The notes: a model not told the origin generated them from the letters alone. 64,000 bases of DNA from Pseudomonadota bacterium (GCA_023430625.1 JAEZAA010000175.1:3123-67122); one strand, 5' to 3'. Counted from the first letter of the stretch, positions 41,999 through 53,416 are shown. Program-made: numbers and translations.

Positions 41999-44782
41999 TC
42001 AGTCTTCGGACGGTTCGCCCGCGTCGCCGCGCTCTACATCCGCCCCGTCGTCGCCTACGTCGAAGTCATCGTCCGCGGCCTCGACGCCATCCTCTGCACC
42101 AAGATCGCCAGGCTCAACGGAAGGCTCCTCAACCCGCTCAACCCCAACCAGCGCCTCTTCATCCGCCAGCTTGATCAGACGTACGCCTTGGGTGTTCCGG
42201 CCTGTGATGGAGACTTCGTTGATGCGGGTGCGCACCAGGGTTCCCTGGCTGCTGATGAGCATCATTTCATCGCCTTCGACGACTTGCAATGCGCCTACCA
42301 GCTTGCCGTTACGCTCGTTGATGACCATGGCGATCACGCCCTGGCCACCACGCCCGCGACGCGGGTACTCTTCCAGCAGTGTGCGCTTACCGTAACCACG
42401 TTCGGAGGCCGACAGAATCTGCACGCCCGGTTGCGGAATGATCATGGACACAAGGCGCTGCCCTTCCGGCAGCCTCATGCCGCGCACACCACGGGCGCTC
42501 CGCCCCATGGGACGCACATGCTTTTCTTTGAACCGCAGCACCTTACCGCCATCGGAGAACAACATGACTTCCCGCGCGCCATCGGTGATGGCCGCGGAAA
42601 TCAGGGTATCGCCCTCTTCCAGGCGCAATGCAATCAGACCATTGGAACGGGGACGGCTGAACTGCACCAGCGGCGTTTTCTTCACGGTTCCCTTGGCGGT
42701 GGCCATGAAAATGTATTCACCGGTCGGCGCATCATTGTCGTCGTCACTATCGACGTCGGCATCGTCACCGGAATCAACATCGGCCTCGACCAATTCACCT
42801 TCGATGGTGACGCCGTCGTTGTCCTCGATATCGTCCTCGCTACCCGCCCGTTGCTGCAATGCTTCGAGATCAACCGGCAGAATGGCCGTCACTCGCTCGT
42901 CTTCGCCCAGCGGCAGAATGTTCACCATCGGACGGCCGCGCGAACCACGGCTACCTTGCGGGATCTCGTAGACTTTCAGCCAGTAGACTTTGCCGCGATT
43001 GGTAAAGCAGAGAATGGTGTCGTGGGAGCTGGCGATCAGCAGCTTCTCAATGAAGTCTTCATCCTTGATCGCCGTGGCGCTCTTGCCACGCCCGCCACGA
43101 TGCTGGGCCTGGTAGTCCTGCAGGGGCTGGGTCTTGGCATAACCACGGTGCGACAGGGTCACCACCACGCTCTCCTCGGGGATGAGGTCAGCGTACGTCA
43201 GGTCTTGCTTGGAGTTGACGATCTCGGTCCGGCGGGCATCGCCAAACTCACGACGCACCTCTTCAAGCTCCTCCCGGATCACTTCCAGCAGGCGATCGGG
43301 GTTGTTCAGAATTTCCAGCAACTCTCCGATGGTTTCGATGATTTCCCGGTATTCCGCAATGATCTTGTCGGTCTCGAGGCCCGTCAGTTTCTGCAGACGC
43401 AGATCCAGAATCGCCTGGGCCTGATCTTCCGACAGATAGTAGCGGCCTTCGCGCAGACCAAACTGCGCTGGCAGATTCTGCGGCCGGCAGGCATCCTCGC
43501 CGGCACGCTCCAGCATGGCGGTGACAGGACCAGGCTCCCAGGACTGGGCCATCAGCTTCTCTTTGGCCTCTGCCCCAGACGGCGACTGACGGATCAGCTC
43601 GATGATGGGGTCAATGTTGGCCAGCGCCACCGCCAGACCTTCCAGAATATGGCCCCGTTCACGCGCCTTGCGCAGTTCATACAGGGTGCGCCGCGTCACT
43701 ACTTCACGCCGGTGACGGATGAAAGCTTCCAATACCTGCTTGAGGTTCAGGACCTTCGGCTCGCCGTTGACCAGCGCCACCATGTTGATGCCGAACACCG
43801 TTTCCATCTGGGTGTGGGCATACAGGTTGTTGGCCACCACTTCCGGCATATCGCCGCGACGCAGCTCAATCACCACGCGAATGCCTTCCTTGTTGGATTC
43901 ATCGCGCAGCTCGGTAATGCCTTCGACTTTCTTCTCTTTCACCAGCTCGGCGATCTTTTCGATCAGACGCGCCTTGTTCACCTGATAAGGCAACTCGGTG
44001 ATGACAATGCGCTCCTTGCCGGTCTTCTCGTCCTGCTCGACTTCGTAGCGCGCGCGGATATAGATCCGACCGCGACCGGTCCGATACGCCTCGATAATAC
44101 CCGCACGGCCATTGATCACCGCCGCCGTGGGAAAATCCGGCCCCGGCACGTGCTGCATCAGTTCATCAATGGTGAGATCGGGGTTGTCGATCAGCGCCAG
44201 CGTCGCGTCGATAATCTCGCCGAGGTTATGGGGCGGGATATTGGTGGCCATCCCCACCGCGATCCCGGACGAGCCGTTCACCAGCAGGTTGGGAATCCGG
44301 GTTGGCATGACGGCCGGGATCTGCTCGGTGCCGTCATAGTTGGGAACGAAGTCGACCGTTTCCTTATCCAGGTCCGCCAGCAGCGAGTGAGCCATCTTTT
44401 CCATGCGGATTTCGGTGTAACGCATGGCGGCAGCACTGTCGCCGTCGATGGAGCCGAAGTTGCCCTGACCGTCCACCAGGGTATAACGCAGCGAGAACGG
44501 CTGCGCCATCCGCACGATGGTGTCGTAAACCGCGGAGTCGCCGTGGGGGTGGTATTTACCGATCACATCACCGACGACACGGGCAGACTTCTTGTAAGGC
44601 TTGTTCCAGTCGTTGTTCAGCTCGCTCATGGCGAACAGCACACGGCGGTGTACCGGCTTGAGGCCATCGCGAACATCGGGCAATGCCCGGCCGACGATAA
44701 CGCTCATCGCGTAATCCAGATACGACTGTTTTAGTTCTTCTTCAATATTGACCGGAACGATTTCTTTGGCTAACTCGCCCAT
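41999..44782 (-). CDS. gyrA: DNA gyrase subunit A
   Basis: QRDR region [11 protein letters not shown], catalytic AAMRYTE Tyr, and GyrA-box [12 protein letters not shown] with an acidic insertion and an acidic C-terminal tail. Confidence 0.97.
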   Translation of the reverse strand: MGELAKEIVPVNIEEELKQSYLDYAMSVIVGRALPDVRDGLKPVHRRVLFAMSELNNDWNKPYKKSARVVGDVIGKYHPHGDSAVYDTIVRMAQPFSLRYTLVDGQGNFGSIDGDSAAAMRYTEIRMEKMAHSLLADLDKETVDFVPNYDGTEQIPAVMPTRIPNLLVNGSSGIAVGMATNIPPHNLGEIIDATLALIDNPDLTIDELMQHVPGPDFPTAAVINGRAGIIEAYRTGRGRIYIRARYEVEQDEKTGKERIVITELPYQVNKARLIEKIAELVKEKKVEGITELRDESNKEGIRVVIELRRGDMPEVVANNLYAHTQMETVFGINMVALVNGEPKVLNLKQVLEAFIRHRREVVTRRTLYELRKARERGHILEGLAVALANIDPIIELIRQSPSGAEAKEKLMAQSWEPGPVTAMLERAGEDACRPQNLPAQFGLREGRYYLSEDQAQAILDLRLQKLTGLETDKIIAEYREIIETIGELLEILNNPDRLLEVIREELEEVRREFGDARRTEIVNSKQDLTYADLIPEESVVVTLSHRGYAKTQPLQDYQAQHRGGRGKSATAIKDEDFIEKLLIASSHDTILCFTNRGKVYWLKVYEIPQGSRGSRGRPMVNILPLGEDERVTAILPVDLEALQQRAGSEDDIEDNDGVTIEGELVEADVDSGDDADVDSDDDNDAPTGEYIFMATAKGTVKKTPLVQFSRPRSNGLIALRLEEGDTLISAAITDGAREVMLFSDGGKVLRFKEKHVRPMGRSARGVRGMRLPEGQRLVSMIIPQPGVQILSASERGYGKRTLLEEYPRRGRGGQGVIAMVINERNGKLVGALQVVEGDEMMLISSQGTLVRTRINEVSITGRNTQGVRLIKLADEEALVGVERVEEPSVEPGDLGAEDGVEAADDDFDVGDDGADVERGDAGEPSED

Positions 44783-44910
44783 GGATACAGATTCCTGTTA
44801 ATACGCCATCTGACGGTGGTTCTACACAGTTCGCCCGTCGCCCTGTTCCCAAGGCACCCACTCGCTAAAAAGGGCATGATTATAGCATGATCGCCCCAAC
44901 GAGTGCTCCG

Positions 44911-45765
44911 TTAATCGAACACCACCGTCTTGTTCTCATGAACGATCACACGATCCTCGAGGTGATAACGCAGACCCCGCGCCAGCACGTTCTTTTCCAC
45001 GTCGCGACCGAGGCGCACCAGGTCCTCCACCGTATCGCTGTGGCTCACTCGCACCACGTCCTGATCGATGATGGGACCCTCATCCAGATCTTGTGTCACG
45101 TAATGACAGGTGGCACCGATCAGCTTCACGCCCCGCAAGTGAGCCTGGTGATACGGCCGGGCACCTGCAAAGGACGGCAAGAAGCTGTGGTGGATATTGA
45201 TGATGCGACCGGGATAGCGGGTGCAGAGATCGCTGGGAAGAATTTGCATGTAGCGAGCCAGCACGGTGACATCCGCCTGATAGTCCTCAAGCAGCTCGTG
45301 GATCTTGGCGAACGCCTCGGCCTTGTTGTCTTTGCTCACCGGCACGTGATGGAAGGGAATGTCGTGCCACTCCACCATCCGGCGCAAATCCTCGTGGTTG
45401 GAAATCACCGCCACGATGTTGGCGTCCAGGTCATTGCTCTGCCAGCGGTGGAGAAGATCGGCCAGGCAGTGAGACTCCTTGCTCACCATCAGGACCACCC
45501 GCTTGCGCACCTGGGAATCCGCCACATGCCAGCGCATGCCGAACTCGCGCGCAATGGGCTCAAACGCGATCTTGAACGACCCAAGATCGAAGGGAAGCGA
45601 ACTGGCTTTCACCTCGTTGCGCATGAAGAACCAACCACTGACAGGGTCGGCGTGATGGCTGGCTTCAGTCAGCCATCCATTATAGGTGGCCAGAAAGGTA
45701 CTCACCTTGGCCACGATTCCTACCCGGTCGGGGCAGGCCATTACCAAACGATACGTATGCTCCAT
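44911..45765 (-). CDS. purU: Formyltetrahydrofolate deformylase
   Basis: ACT domain (YRLVMACPDRVGIVAKVS) plus a formyltransferase core (IINIHHSFLPSF). Start trimmed to the ATG at 45765 (MEHTYRL). The track start at 45780 is a GTG without an SD. Confidence 0.9.
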   Translation of the reverse strand: MEHTYRLVMACPDRVGIVAKVSTFLATYNGWLTEASHHADPVSGWFFMRNEVKASSLPFDLGSFKIAFEPIAREFGMRWHVADSQVRKRVVLMVSKESHCLADLLHRWQSNDLDANIVAVISNHEDLRRMVEWHDIPFHHVPVSKDNKAEAFAKIHELLEDYQADVTVLARYMQILPSDLCTRYPGRIINIHHSFLPSFAGARPYHQAHLRGVKLIGATCHYVTQDLDEGPIIDQDVVRVSHSDTVEDLVRLGRDVEKNVLARGLRYHLEDRVIVHENKTVVFD

Positions 45766-45889
45766 GGGACGACCAGACACTCACATGTGAAAACTGCGCA
45801 TCATACCGTGTTCACGCAGAGTCGAACAGAGAGCCGCCGGCAGCCCCTCGCATACCAATCCACCGCCCCGGAGGAACCCCCGCCAACCC

Positions 45890-46255
45890 TCAGGAGATCT
45901 CGGCCAGACTAGAAACCTTGGCATAGGTCGCATCGGTGCGTGCGGCCATGATAAAGTCATTTCGATGAAGCCCTTTGATCTTATGAGTCCACCAGGTCAC
46001 CGTAACCTTGCCCCACTCCGTCAAGATCGCGGGGTGATGCCCTTCCTGCTCGGCGACTTGGCCTACCCGGTTGGTAAAGGTCAGCGCCTCGGTAAAGTTG
46101 CCAAAGGAAAACACCCGCTCCAGCTGGCGCACGCCATTACGCTCGACAATCCGCCAGTCCGGCACTTTCGGCATCAGCGCCTTCAGCTCGTCGTCCGTAA
46201 TCATGGGCGCGTCCGCTCGACAGGCTTCACAAATCTCATGCACCAAATCAGTCAT
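45890..46255 (-). CDS. phhB: Pterin-4-alpha-carbinolamine dehydratase
   Basis: [21 protein letters not shown] motif. Start trimmed to MTDLVHE with a GGGAGGGAG SD. Confidence 0.85.
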   Translation of the reverse strand: MTDLVHEICEACRADAPMITDDELKALMPKVPDWRIVERNGVRQLERVFSFGNFTEALTFTNRVGQVAEQEGHHPAILTEWGKVTVTWWTHKIKGLHRNDFIMAARTDATYAKVSSLAEIS

Positions 46256-46297
46256 GTTCACTCCCTCCCACCAACCAAACCAGACAGGCATAACAAG

Positions 46298-46320
46298 ACA
46301 AGGCGCCTAGGGCGCCTTGT
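46298..46320 (-). terminator. Hairpin downstream of fumA
   Basis: Perfect 10-bp stem ACAAGGCGCC-TAG-GGCGCCTTGT with moderately T-rich flanks. Confidence 0.5.
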
Positions 46321-46376
46321 TGTATCTTACTGTTAAAACCTTGCTCTTAAAGGTTCTGACGGCTGACTCAGACCAG

Positions 46377-47897
46377 CTACTTGATCTGAACCGGCACTGC
46401 CTCAGCAATCTTCTGCTGCCAGATCTTGGGGCCCTGCTCGTGCGCATTGGTGCCTTCGGAGTCCACGGCGACCGTCACTGGCATATCCTGCACCTCGAAC
46501 TCGTAGATGGCCTCCATTCCCAGCTCCGGAAAGGCGACAACCTCAGCCGATTTCACAGCCTTGGACACCAGGTACGCAGCACCGCCCACCGCCATCAGAT
46601 AAACCGCGCCAAAATCCTTGATGGCATCGATTGCGATGGGACCACGCTCGGCCTTGCCGATCATGCCGATCAGACCGGTTTTCTCCAGCATGGTGCGGGT
46701 GAACTTGTCCATCCGGGTCGAAGTGGTTGGACCGGCCGGACCCACCGCTTCGTCGCGGACCGGGTCAACCGGACCAACGTAATAAATGAAGCGGTTCTTC
46801 AGATCCACCGGCAGGGACTCGCCCTTGGCCAGCATGTCCACCATCTTCTTATGGGCGGCATCACGACCAGTCAGCATCTTGCCGGACAGCAGCACGGTTT
46901 CCCCGGATTTCAGGGTGCGCACTTCTTCCGGCGTCACCGTATCCAGATTAATCCGGCGCACGTCGGAACCGACGTCCCAGGTGATATCCGGCCAGTCGTC
47001 CAGGCTCGGCGGTACCTGCAGCGCGGGACCGGAGCCATCCAGCACAAAGTGGGCGTGACGGGTCGCGGCACAGTTGGGAATCATGGCCACCGGCAGCGAG
47101 GCTGCGTGGGTGGGATAATCCATGATTTTCACGTCCAGCACCGTGGTCAGGCCACCCAGGCCCTGGGCACCTATACCCAATGCATTGACCTTGTCCATGA
47201 TCTCCAGGCGCATTTCCTCGACCCGGTTTTGCGGGCCGCGCTTGCGCAGCTCGTGGATATCGATGGGCTCCATCAGCACTTCCTTGGCCATCAGCGCCGC
47301 CTTCTCCGCAGTTCCGCCGATACCAATTCCCAGCATGCCGGGCGGACACCAGCCCGCGCCCATGGTGGGCACGGTTTTCAGAACCCAGTCCACAATGCTG
47401 TCGGAAGGGTTCAACATCACCATTTTGGACTTGTTCTCGGAACCGCCGCCCTTGGCCGCCACGTCGATGGTGACCTTGTTGCCGGGCACCACCTGGTAAT
47501 GAATGACCGCAGGCGTGTTGTCCTTGGTGTTCTTACGGGCACCGGCCGGATCGGCCAGAATGGAAGCACGCAGTACGTTATCCGGATGAGTGTACGCACG
47601 ACGCACGCCTTCGTTGATCATGTCGTCCAGGCTCATGGTGGCGTCCCAACGCACATCCATGCCCACCTTCACGAACACGGTCACGATCCCGGTGTCCTGG
47701 CAGATCGGGCGACGGCCCTGGGCACACATGCGGGAGTTGATCAGGATCTGCGCCATGGCATCTTTGGCCGCCGGCGATTCTTCCTTCAGGTATGCCTCAT
47801 GCACCGCCTTGATGAAGTCCAGCGGGTGGTAATAGGAAATAAATTGCAGCGCATCGGCCACGCTGTCGATCACGTCGTCTTGGCGAATGACGGTCAT
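46377..47897 (-). CDS. fumA: Class I (Fe-S) fumarate hydratase
   Basis: 506 aa. The ICQDTG and CPPGMLGIGIGGT motifs are typical of FumA/FumB-type enzymes. Confidence 0.92.
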   Translation of the reverse strand: MTVIRQDDVIDSVADALQFISYYHPLDFIKAVHEAYLKEESPAAKDAMAQILINSRMCAQGRRPICQDTGIVTVFVKVGMDVRWDATMSLDDMINEGVRRAYTHPDNVLRASILADPAGARKNTKDNTPAVIHYQVVPGNKVTIDVAAKGGGSENKSKMVMLNPSDSIVDWVLKTVPTMGAGWCPPGMLGIGIGGTAEKAALMAKEVLMEPIDIHELRKRGPQNRVEEMRLEIMDKVNALGIGAQGLGGLTTVLDVKIMDYPTHAASLPVAMIPNCAATRHAHFVLDGSGPALQVPPSLDDWPDITWDVGSDVRRINLDTVTPEEVRTLKSGETVLLSGKMLTGRDAAHKKMVDMLAKGESLPVDLKNRFIYYVGPVDPVRDEAVGPAGPTTSTRMDKFTRTMLEKTGLIGMIGKAERGPIAIDAIKDFGAVYLMAVGGAAYLVSKAVKSAEVVAFPELGMEAIYEFEVQDMPVTVAVDSEGTNAHEQGPKIWQQKIAEAVPVQIK

Positions 47898-48116
47898 GCA
47901 GGTACTCTCTCAGCAGGATTTTTGTAGCAGGATTGCTTGAAACTCAGCAAAGCTGGCCATTCTACCCAACTTTTGCCCAGTTTTCAGTCACTGTTCGTGA
48001 TCGGATTTTCCCGTACCGGCACGCCATCTCCCGGGTCACTGCGAGACAGGCCCGCCGGTCAGGCATCAAGCAGCTTCTCAACTTTGTACAGCCCTATCAT
48101 TTGGAGACCTTGCGTC

Positions 48117-48893
48117 ATGAGCGACACCGACATTCTCTGCCTGCAAGATGGCGCCATTCTGACCCTGCAGATCAATCGCCTCGGCAAGAAGAATGCCCTC
48201 ACCCACGCCATGTACAGCCAACTGGCACAAGCCCTCAAGGATGCCGACGCCAACGACAGCGTGCGCTGCGTCATCATTACCGGCAGCCCCGACTGCTTCA
48301 CCAGCGGCAACGACCTGGGCGACTTCATGTCCAACCCGCCAGCCTCCTTTGAGGAAGCGCCAGTGGCCGGATTTCTCTACCAGTTGCAAGACTTCAGCAA
48401 GCCCCTGATCGCGGCTGTGGGCGGCATTGCGATTGGAATCGGCACCACCCTGCTGCTGCATTGCGATTTGATCTATGCCGCGGATAACACGCGCTTTCAG
48501 ATGCCGTTCGTCAACCTCGGCCTCTGCCCGGAAGGCGGCTCCAGCTATCTCCTACCACGCCTGCTCGGCCATCCTCGCGCCGCGGAACTCCTGCTCCTGG
48601 GCCGCACCTTCAGCGCCGACGAAGCACTTGCCTGGGGCCTGATCAATGGCGTGGCCAGCACTGAAGAAACTCTGACCAAGGCGCGCGACGTGGCGCTGCA
48701 AATCGCCGCTCAACCGCCAGCCGCCGTGCGCCTATCAAAAAAATTATTAAAGCAGTCCCAATACGCCACCTTGCGCGAAACCCTTGCGCGAGAAGGACTC
48801 AACTTCTTTGGCCAGCTCCAGTCAGCCGAAGCCAAGGAGGCCTTTGCGGCATTTGCTGAAAAACGTCGCCCCGATTTCAGCCGTTTCAGCTAG
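48117..48893 (+). CDS. Enoyl-CoA hydratase/isomerase family protein
   Basis: Crotonase fold: GKKNALT, FTSGNDLGDF, and GIGTTLLLHCDLIYA. Start trimmed to MSDTDILCL at 48117, which has a GGAG upstream. Confidence 0.85.
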   Translation: MSDTDILCLQDGAILTLQINRLGKKNALTHAMYSQLAQALKDADANDSVRCVIITGSPDCFTSGNDLGDFMSNPPASFEEAPVAGFLYQLQDFSKPLIAAVGGIAIGIGTTLLLHCDLIYAADNTRFQMPFVNLGLCPEGGSSYLLPRLLGHPRAAELLLLGRTFSADEALAWGLINGVASTEETLTKARDVALQIAAQPPAAVRLSKKLLKQSQYATLRETLAREGLNFFGQLQSAEAKEAFAAFAEKRRPDFSRFS

Positions 48894-49098
48894 ACTCAAT
48901 GATTGACCCCATCGGCTCCGCGCTGGAGCCGCCTAGAGCGGGAGGAATCGCTTGCTTCACAACTTCCGTGATCTGCTTTCAGGTTTTGGAAAGTTGTCCT
49001 ATGCTTTAAATACTTTTGTTCCAACTTCGTCCATCTACTCTTAGCACGGTCAACGTAGTTGCCGATCGTTCAATAATAAAAGGAAAAGGTTCCAACCT

Positions 49099-52071
49099 AT
49101 GATGTTCAGAAGATCTTTGCTTAGCCTTGCGGTCGCGTCCTCTGTGGCACTGACAGGCTGCTTGGACAGCGGCGGTGATACGAGCAAGAACGTAACTCAA
49201 GAGCAAAACCCTACGACCAATCCTGCTCGGGACGGCCGGGTTTATCCTGTTTTCAATCCCGTCGAAAGCGATCTACCGATTCCGAACGACATCATTTTCG
49301 ATAAAGATCAAAAAGATGGTACCTTTGGCGTCCCCCCTGACCCCACCAAGCCACCGATCACTGCACTGAACGAACTCAGCGGCGCCTCCACGGTCGCTCC
49401 GATCGATCTAAGAATGAGTGGCAAGATCGATCCCGACACGGTCGATGCGAACCCTATTGCGCTCATCGACGGCGTACCCATGCCGAACCCCAATCAGAGC
49501 GTATTCCTGATTGAACTGGACTATGCCAGTGGTGACCCTCTGCAGGCGCTGACCACTACGCGCGAGACACCCACCATTCCAGCGGCTACCGAAATCGGCA
49601 CCCTGCTGGCAAAAATGAAAGGCGGCGATAATAGTGCAGCCGCTACCCTGATGGGCATGCAAGCCAAACCAGACTACGAAGCCTCTGTCATTCAACTGAG
49701 CGGGCAAGACTTTATCCGCATCACACCACTCAAGCCCCTCAACCCCAACAAGCGTTACGTGGTCGTTGTGACCAACGATATCAAGGACGTGAATGGTCAG
49801 CCGATACTCCAGTCCAGCGCCTATGAGACCATCACGGGCGACGGCGCGTTGGGCAACGATGCGTTAGCAGAACTTCGCACGCTGATGAATGGTCTGTGGG
49901 AGCCTATCGCTACTAACTACTTCCAATTGACCAACGCCGCTCGTCCAGCCGCTGCCAAGCTAAGCGATAAGAACATTGCTCTGTCCTACAGCTTCACGAC
50001 GTCCAATGATGAGAAGGTGCTGAGCTATATCGCCAACCCGGCAAGCTGGTTCTCTGATCAAATTAAGAATTTCGTACGAGTCAAAACCGCCGCAACCGTT
50101 GTAGCAACGAAGAACGATGTGAACAGCGACGGCAAGGTCGATTATGCCGACGTGGCACTGGCTGCAGCTGCCGCGATCGACTATTTCCCGGTTAATCCAA
50201 GCAATCCGACCGATACAACGGTAAAAGATGCCTTGGCTCCACTGGCCCCTATCCTGAGCCATCCGTCATATGGCGGCTGCGATGGCGTTACCTCTGGCAG
50301 CGCTTATATTGACTGCATCGGCATGGCTCTCGCCAAGGCCCCAGATACCCATGGCGGCTTCGCGAATTTGTTGCCAAAGCCCAAGCTGAGAACCCCTACC
50401 ACGACAAGCAGCATGATTCCCGTGTCACTGCTTTCTGCGCCGGTCGCCAGCTTGGTGGATGATGAGGACAATACTCCCTTCGTCGCACAAGGAACCATTC
50501 CCATTCCTTACTATCTGGGCGTACCGACCGCCGAGGATGGCAGCGCCATCGTAACGCAGTCCTGGAAGGCTGATAACGAGCTGGCAGCAGCAATCAATGC
50601 CACGTTTTCCAAACTGGGACTTGAAATTCCCCAAGCAGATCCAGCTAGATCAACCGCTGTGAACTCCATTTTCCCGTTCCCGAAACAGGTTGATGGCGAC
50701 AGCGAGGCGGCAGGTGTCAACGAGATTACGATTCCCTGGCTGGCGGTCTATCCCAACCCATCGGTTACGACCGGCCCCTACCCGACCGTGATCTATCAGC
50801 ATGGCATCACTACTGATCGCAGCACTGCCTTGTCGATGGGTACCCTGCTTGCCCAGAGTGGCATTGCCGTCATTGCGATCGATCACGTGGGCCATGGTGT
50901 GGTGCCTGCTACTGAGGCTGAAAAGCTTGCATTGGCTGAGACCCTGTTGACTGCCGGCGTAGAAAAGGGCCTACCTTTTCAACCCACGGCGGAGAATAAG
51001 CAAGCTGTGGTGAATGGTACGTTGACGGTTGGCGCCGTCATGACTCTCGCCGAAGTCGATGCTACAACCGCTCAATCGATGATTAGCGCGGTCCTGAATA
51101 ACACTGCAACATACGGCGCGGAACTTGATACTGTAATCAGGAACCTGAAGGCCTTCGAGAATACCGTCGCCAATGCCGGAAGCACCATTCCTGGCATTGC
51201 CGCAGCAACGGAGTACGAACGTCACTTCAACTTCACTGCAAATGCGGCTAGCCAGCCAGTTGCGATGGACCCGGAAAATCCCACCGCACAAGACTCCTCT
51301 GGCGGTCTGTTCATCAACCTGACCAACTTCACCAATACGCGTGACAACCTGCGTCAGGGTGTGGTGGACCTGCTCAACCTGAGACAGTCTCTTGGTGCGA
51401 TCGACCTTGGTATCGGTTCATTGGATGCTGAGAATGTGTACTTTGCTGGCCACTCCATGGGCGGCATCACAGGCACCGCATTCGTCGCGGTCTCCAACGA
51501 GTCCGAAGCTGATGACACCCGCATCAAGGGTGCGAACCTGCTCGGCACCGGCGGTGGCATCGTAAGAATGCTGGAAAATTCTCCAACCTTCGCTCCGCGC
51601 ATCTTAGGCGGACTCGCAGCAGCTGCTGGACTGCAGAAAGGCGATGCTGACCTGGAGACGTTTTTCAACATCTTCCAAGCGACTATCGACACAGTTGACC
51701 CCATCAACTTTGCCGACAATCTGGCATCACAGGGCTCCAGGGTCTTGCTAACCGAGATGATTGGCGACACCGTGATTCCAAACAGCGCCGAGGACGCGCC
51801 GCTTTCCGGAACTGAACCCCTGGCGGCAGCCATGGGCGCTGCGGATATAACCGAAGCTGGCGTAAATGCACTGCCCGGTATCGTCCGCTATGCGGGTGCC
51901 ACTCACAGCACTCCCGTGCTGCCCACCTCAGGCAAGGCTGAAGAGACCGCTGCATTCACAGAAATGATGAAGCAGACTGGCTCAATCGTTGCCACCGGCA
52001 GCGGTTTGGTATCCGGTGTTCCTGCTGTAAGCCATGTGGTAGTCACGGATCCAACTGCGATCCAGCAGTAG
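49099..52071 (+). CDS. VolA/Pla-1-type extracellular lipoprotein lipase (bacterial virulence-factor lipase N-terminal domain plus alpha/beta hydrolase)
   Basis: Lipobox ALTGC after a signal peptide. N-terminal PVFNPVESDLPIPNDIIF...ALNELSGASTVAPID pattern. GHSMGG nucleophile elbow near residue 770. Confidence 0.8.
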   Translation: MMFRRSLLSLAVASSVALTGCLDSGGDTSKNVTQEQNPTTNPARDGRVYPVFNPVESDLPIPNDIIFDKDQKDGTFGVPPDPTKPPITALNELSGASTVAPIDLRMSGKIDPDTVDANPIALIDGVPMPNPNQSVFLIELDYASGDPLQALTTTRETPTIPAATEIGTLLAKMKGGDNSAAATLMGMQAKPDYEASVIQLSGQDFIRITPLKPLNPNKRYVVVVTNDIKDVNGQPILQSSAYETITGDGALGNDALAELRTLMNGLWEPIATNYFQLTNAARPAAAKLSDKNIALSYSFTTSNDEKVLSYIANPASWFSDQIKNFVRVKTAATVVATKNDVNSDGKVDYADVALAAAAAIDYFPVNPSNPTDTTVKDALAPLAPILSHPSYGGCDGVTSGSAYIDCIGMALAKAPDTHGGFANLLPKPKLRTPTTTSSMIPVSLLSAPVASLVDDEDNTPFVAQGTIPIPYYLGVPTAEDGSAIVTQSWKADNELAAAINATFSKLGLEIPQADPARSTAVNSIFPFPKQVDGDSEAAGVNEITIPWLAVYPNPSVTTGPYPTVIYQHGITTDRSTALSMGTLLAQSGIAVIAIDHVGHGVVPATEAEKLALAETLLTAGVEKGLPFQPTAENKQAVVNGTLTVGAVMTLAEVDATTAQSMISAVLNNTATYGAELDTVIRNLKAFENTVANAGSTIPGIAAATEYERHFNFTANAASQPVAMDPENPTAQDSSGGLFINLTNFTNTRDNLRQGVVDLLNLRQSLGAIDLGIGSLDAENVYFAGHSMGGITGTAFVAVSNESEADDTRIKGANLLGTGGGIVRMLENSPTFAPRILGGLAAAAGLQKGDADLETFFNIFQATIDTVDPINFADNLASQGSRVLLTEMIGDTVIPNSAEDAPLSGTEPLAAAMGAADITEAGVNALPGIVRYAGATHSTPVLPTSGKAEETAAFTEMMKQTGSIVATGSGLVSGVPAVSHVVVTDPTAIQQ

Positions 52072-52094
52072 TATCGTAGAAGTACCACAGAATT

Positions 52095-52118
52095 AAGCCG
52101 CCTTCGGGCGGCTTTTTT
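52095..52118 (+). terminator. Rho-independent terminator after the lipase gene
   Basis: AAGCCGCC-TTCG-GGCGGCTT followed by a T-run. Confidence 0.85.
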
Positions 52119-52154
52119 CTGCCCGGTACATGCCGTTAAGAAATCGCACCCAAT

Positions 52155-52180
52155 AAAAAACCGCCTCTCGGCGGTTTTTT
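52155..52180 (-). terminator. Rho-independent terminator after argG
   Basis: AAAAAACCGCC-TCTC-GGCGGTTTTTT, with a symmetric A/T run. Confidence 0.85.
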
Positions 52181-52204
52181 ATTGCTCTGCAAAAAGCAGT
52201 CGAC

Positions 52205-53416
52205 TTAGAGCTTGCGCCCCTTGTTCGCCGCAATCCGCATCCGCAGTGCGTTGAGCTTGATAAAGCCCGCCGCGTCCTTCTGATCGTAGGCGCCGGCATC
52301 GTCCTCAAAGGTCGCGATGTTGGCATCGAACAGGCTATCGTCAGACTTACGGCCAACGACCGTCACGTTACCCTTGTAGAGCTTCACCCGCACCACGCCG
52401 TTCACGTTCAGCTGGGACTGATCGATCATGGTCTGCAGCAGCTTGCGCTCGGGGCTCCACCAGTAGCCGTTATAGATCATGCTGGCATAGCGCGGCATCA
52501 GCTCGTCTTTCAGGTGCGCGACTTCGCGATCCAGGCAGATGGACTCAATGGCGCGGTGGGCCTTGAGCATGATGGTGCCGCCAGGGGTTTCATAGCAGCC
52601 GCGGGACTTCATACCCACGTAGCGGTTCTCGACGATGTCGAGACGGCCAATGCCGTTGTCGCCACCGACCTTGTTCAGGGTGGCCAGCACGGTGGCGGGG
52701 CTCATTTCCTGGCCGTCGATAGCCACGATATCGCCCTGACGGTAAGTCAGTTCCAGATAAGTCGGCTTGTCCGGCGCGGCTTCCGGAGACACACTCCAAC
52801 GCCACATGTCTTCTTCCGGCTCAGCCCAGGGATCTTCCAGAACCATACCTTCGTAGGAGATGTGCAGCAGGTTGGCGTCCATGGAGTAAGGCGACTTGCC
52901 CTTCTTCTTCTCGACGCTGATGTTGCGCTTCTCGCAGTACGCCAGCAGGGTTTCGCGGGAGGTCAGATCCCATTCGCGCCAGGGCGCGATCACGCGGATG
53001 CCGGGTTTGAGTGCGTAGGCGCCCAGCTCGAAACGAACCTGGTCGTTGCCCTTGCCGGTGGCACCATGGGAGATGGCGTCGGCGCCGGTTTCGTTGGCGA
53101 TTTCCACCAGGCGCTTGGCGATCAGCGGGCGCGCGATGGAGGTACCCAGCAGGTACTCGCCTTCATAGATGGTGTTGGCACGGAACATGGGGAACACGAA
53201 ATCCCGCACGAACTCTTCGCGCAGGTCATCGATGTAGATTTCCTTGACGCCCAGGGACTGAGCCTTGGCACGCGCAGGTTCCACTTCCTCGCCCTGACCG
53301 ATGTCCGCGGTGAAGGTTACCACTTCACATTGGTAGGTGTCCTGCAGCCAGCGGACGATCACGGAAGTATCCAAACCTCCGGAATAAGCCAACACAACCT
53401 TTTTGATACTCGACAT
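52205..53416 (-). CDS. argG: Argininosuccinate synthase
   Basis: [10 protein letters not shown]-loop-like motif, and [13 protein letters not shown]. Confidence 0.97.
   Translation of the reverse strand: MSSIKKVVLAYSGGLDTSVIVRWLQDTYQCEVVTFTADIGQGEEVEPARAKAQSLGVKEIYIDDLREEFVRDFVFPMFRANTIYEGEYLLGTSIARPLIAKRLVEIANETGADAISHGATGKGNDQVRFELGAYALKPGIRVIAPWREWDLTSRETLLAYCEKRNISVEKKKGKSPYSMDANLLHISYEGMVLEDPWAEPEEDMWRWSVSPEAAPDKPTYLELTYRQGDIVAIDGQEMSPATVLATLNKVGGDNGIGRLDIVENRYVGMKSRGCYETPGGTIMLKAHRAIESICLDREVAHLKDELMPRYASMIYNGYWWSPERKLLQTMIDQSQLNVNGVVRVKLYKGNVTVVGRKSDDSLFDANIATFEDDAGAYDQKDAAGFIKLNALRMRIAANKGRKL

Noticed and set aside
42188-44734. 848-aa ORF on the + strand
   Set aside because: It lies entirely antisense to gyrA. 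Its Arg/Gly/His/Gln-rich, low-complexity composition is typical of shadow ORFs in GC-rich genes. It has no SD and no recognisable motif.
46317-47927. 536-aa ORF on the + strand
   Set aside because: It is antisense to the class I fumarase gene and has the same shadow-ORF composition. I apply the same reasoning to the antisense ORFs over htpG (5800-6516, 6856-7767), tesA (14344-15321), purU (44887-45912), hisC (38402-39211), the reductase (58311-59447), the YheT hydrolase (15506-16354), uspE (16638-17372), rlmL, argG and the ABC permease.
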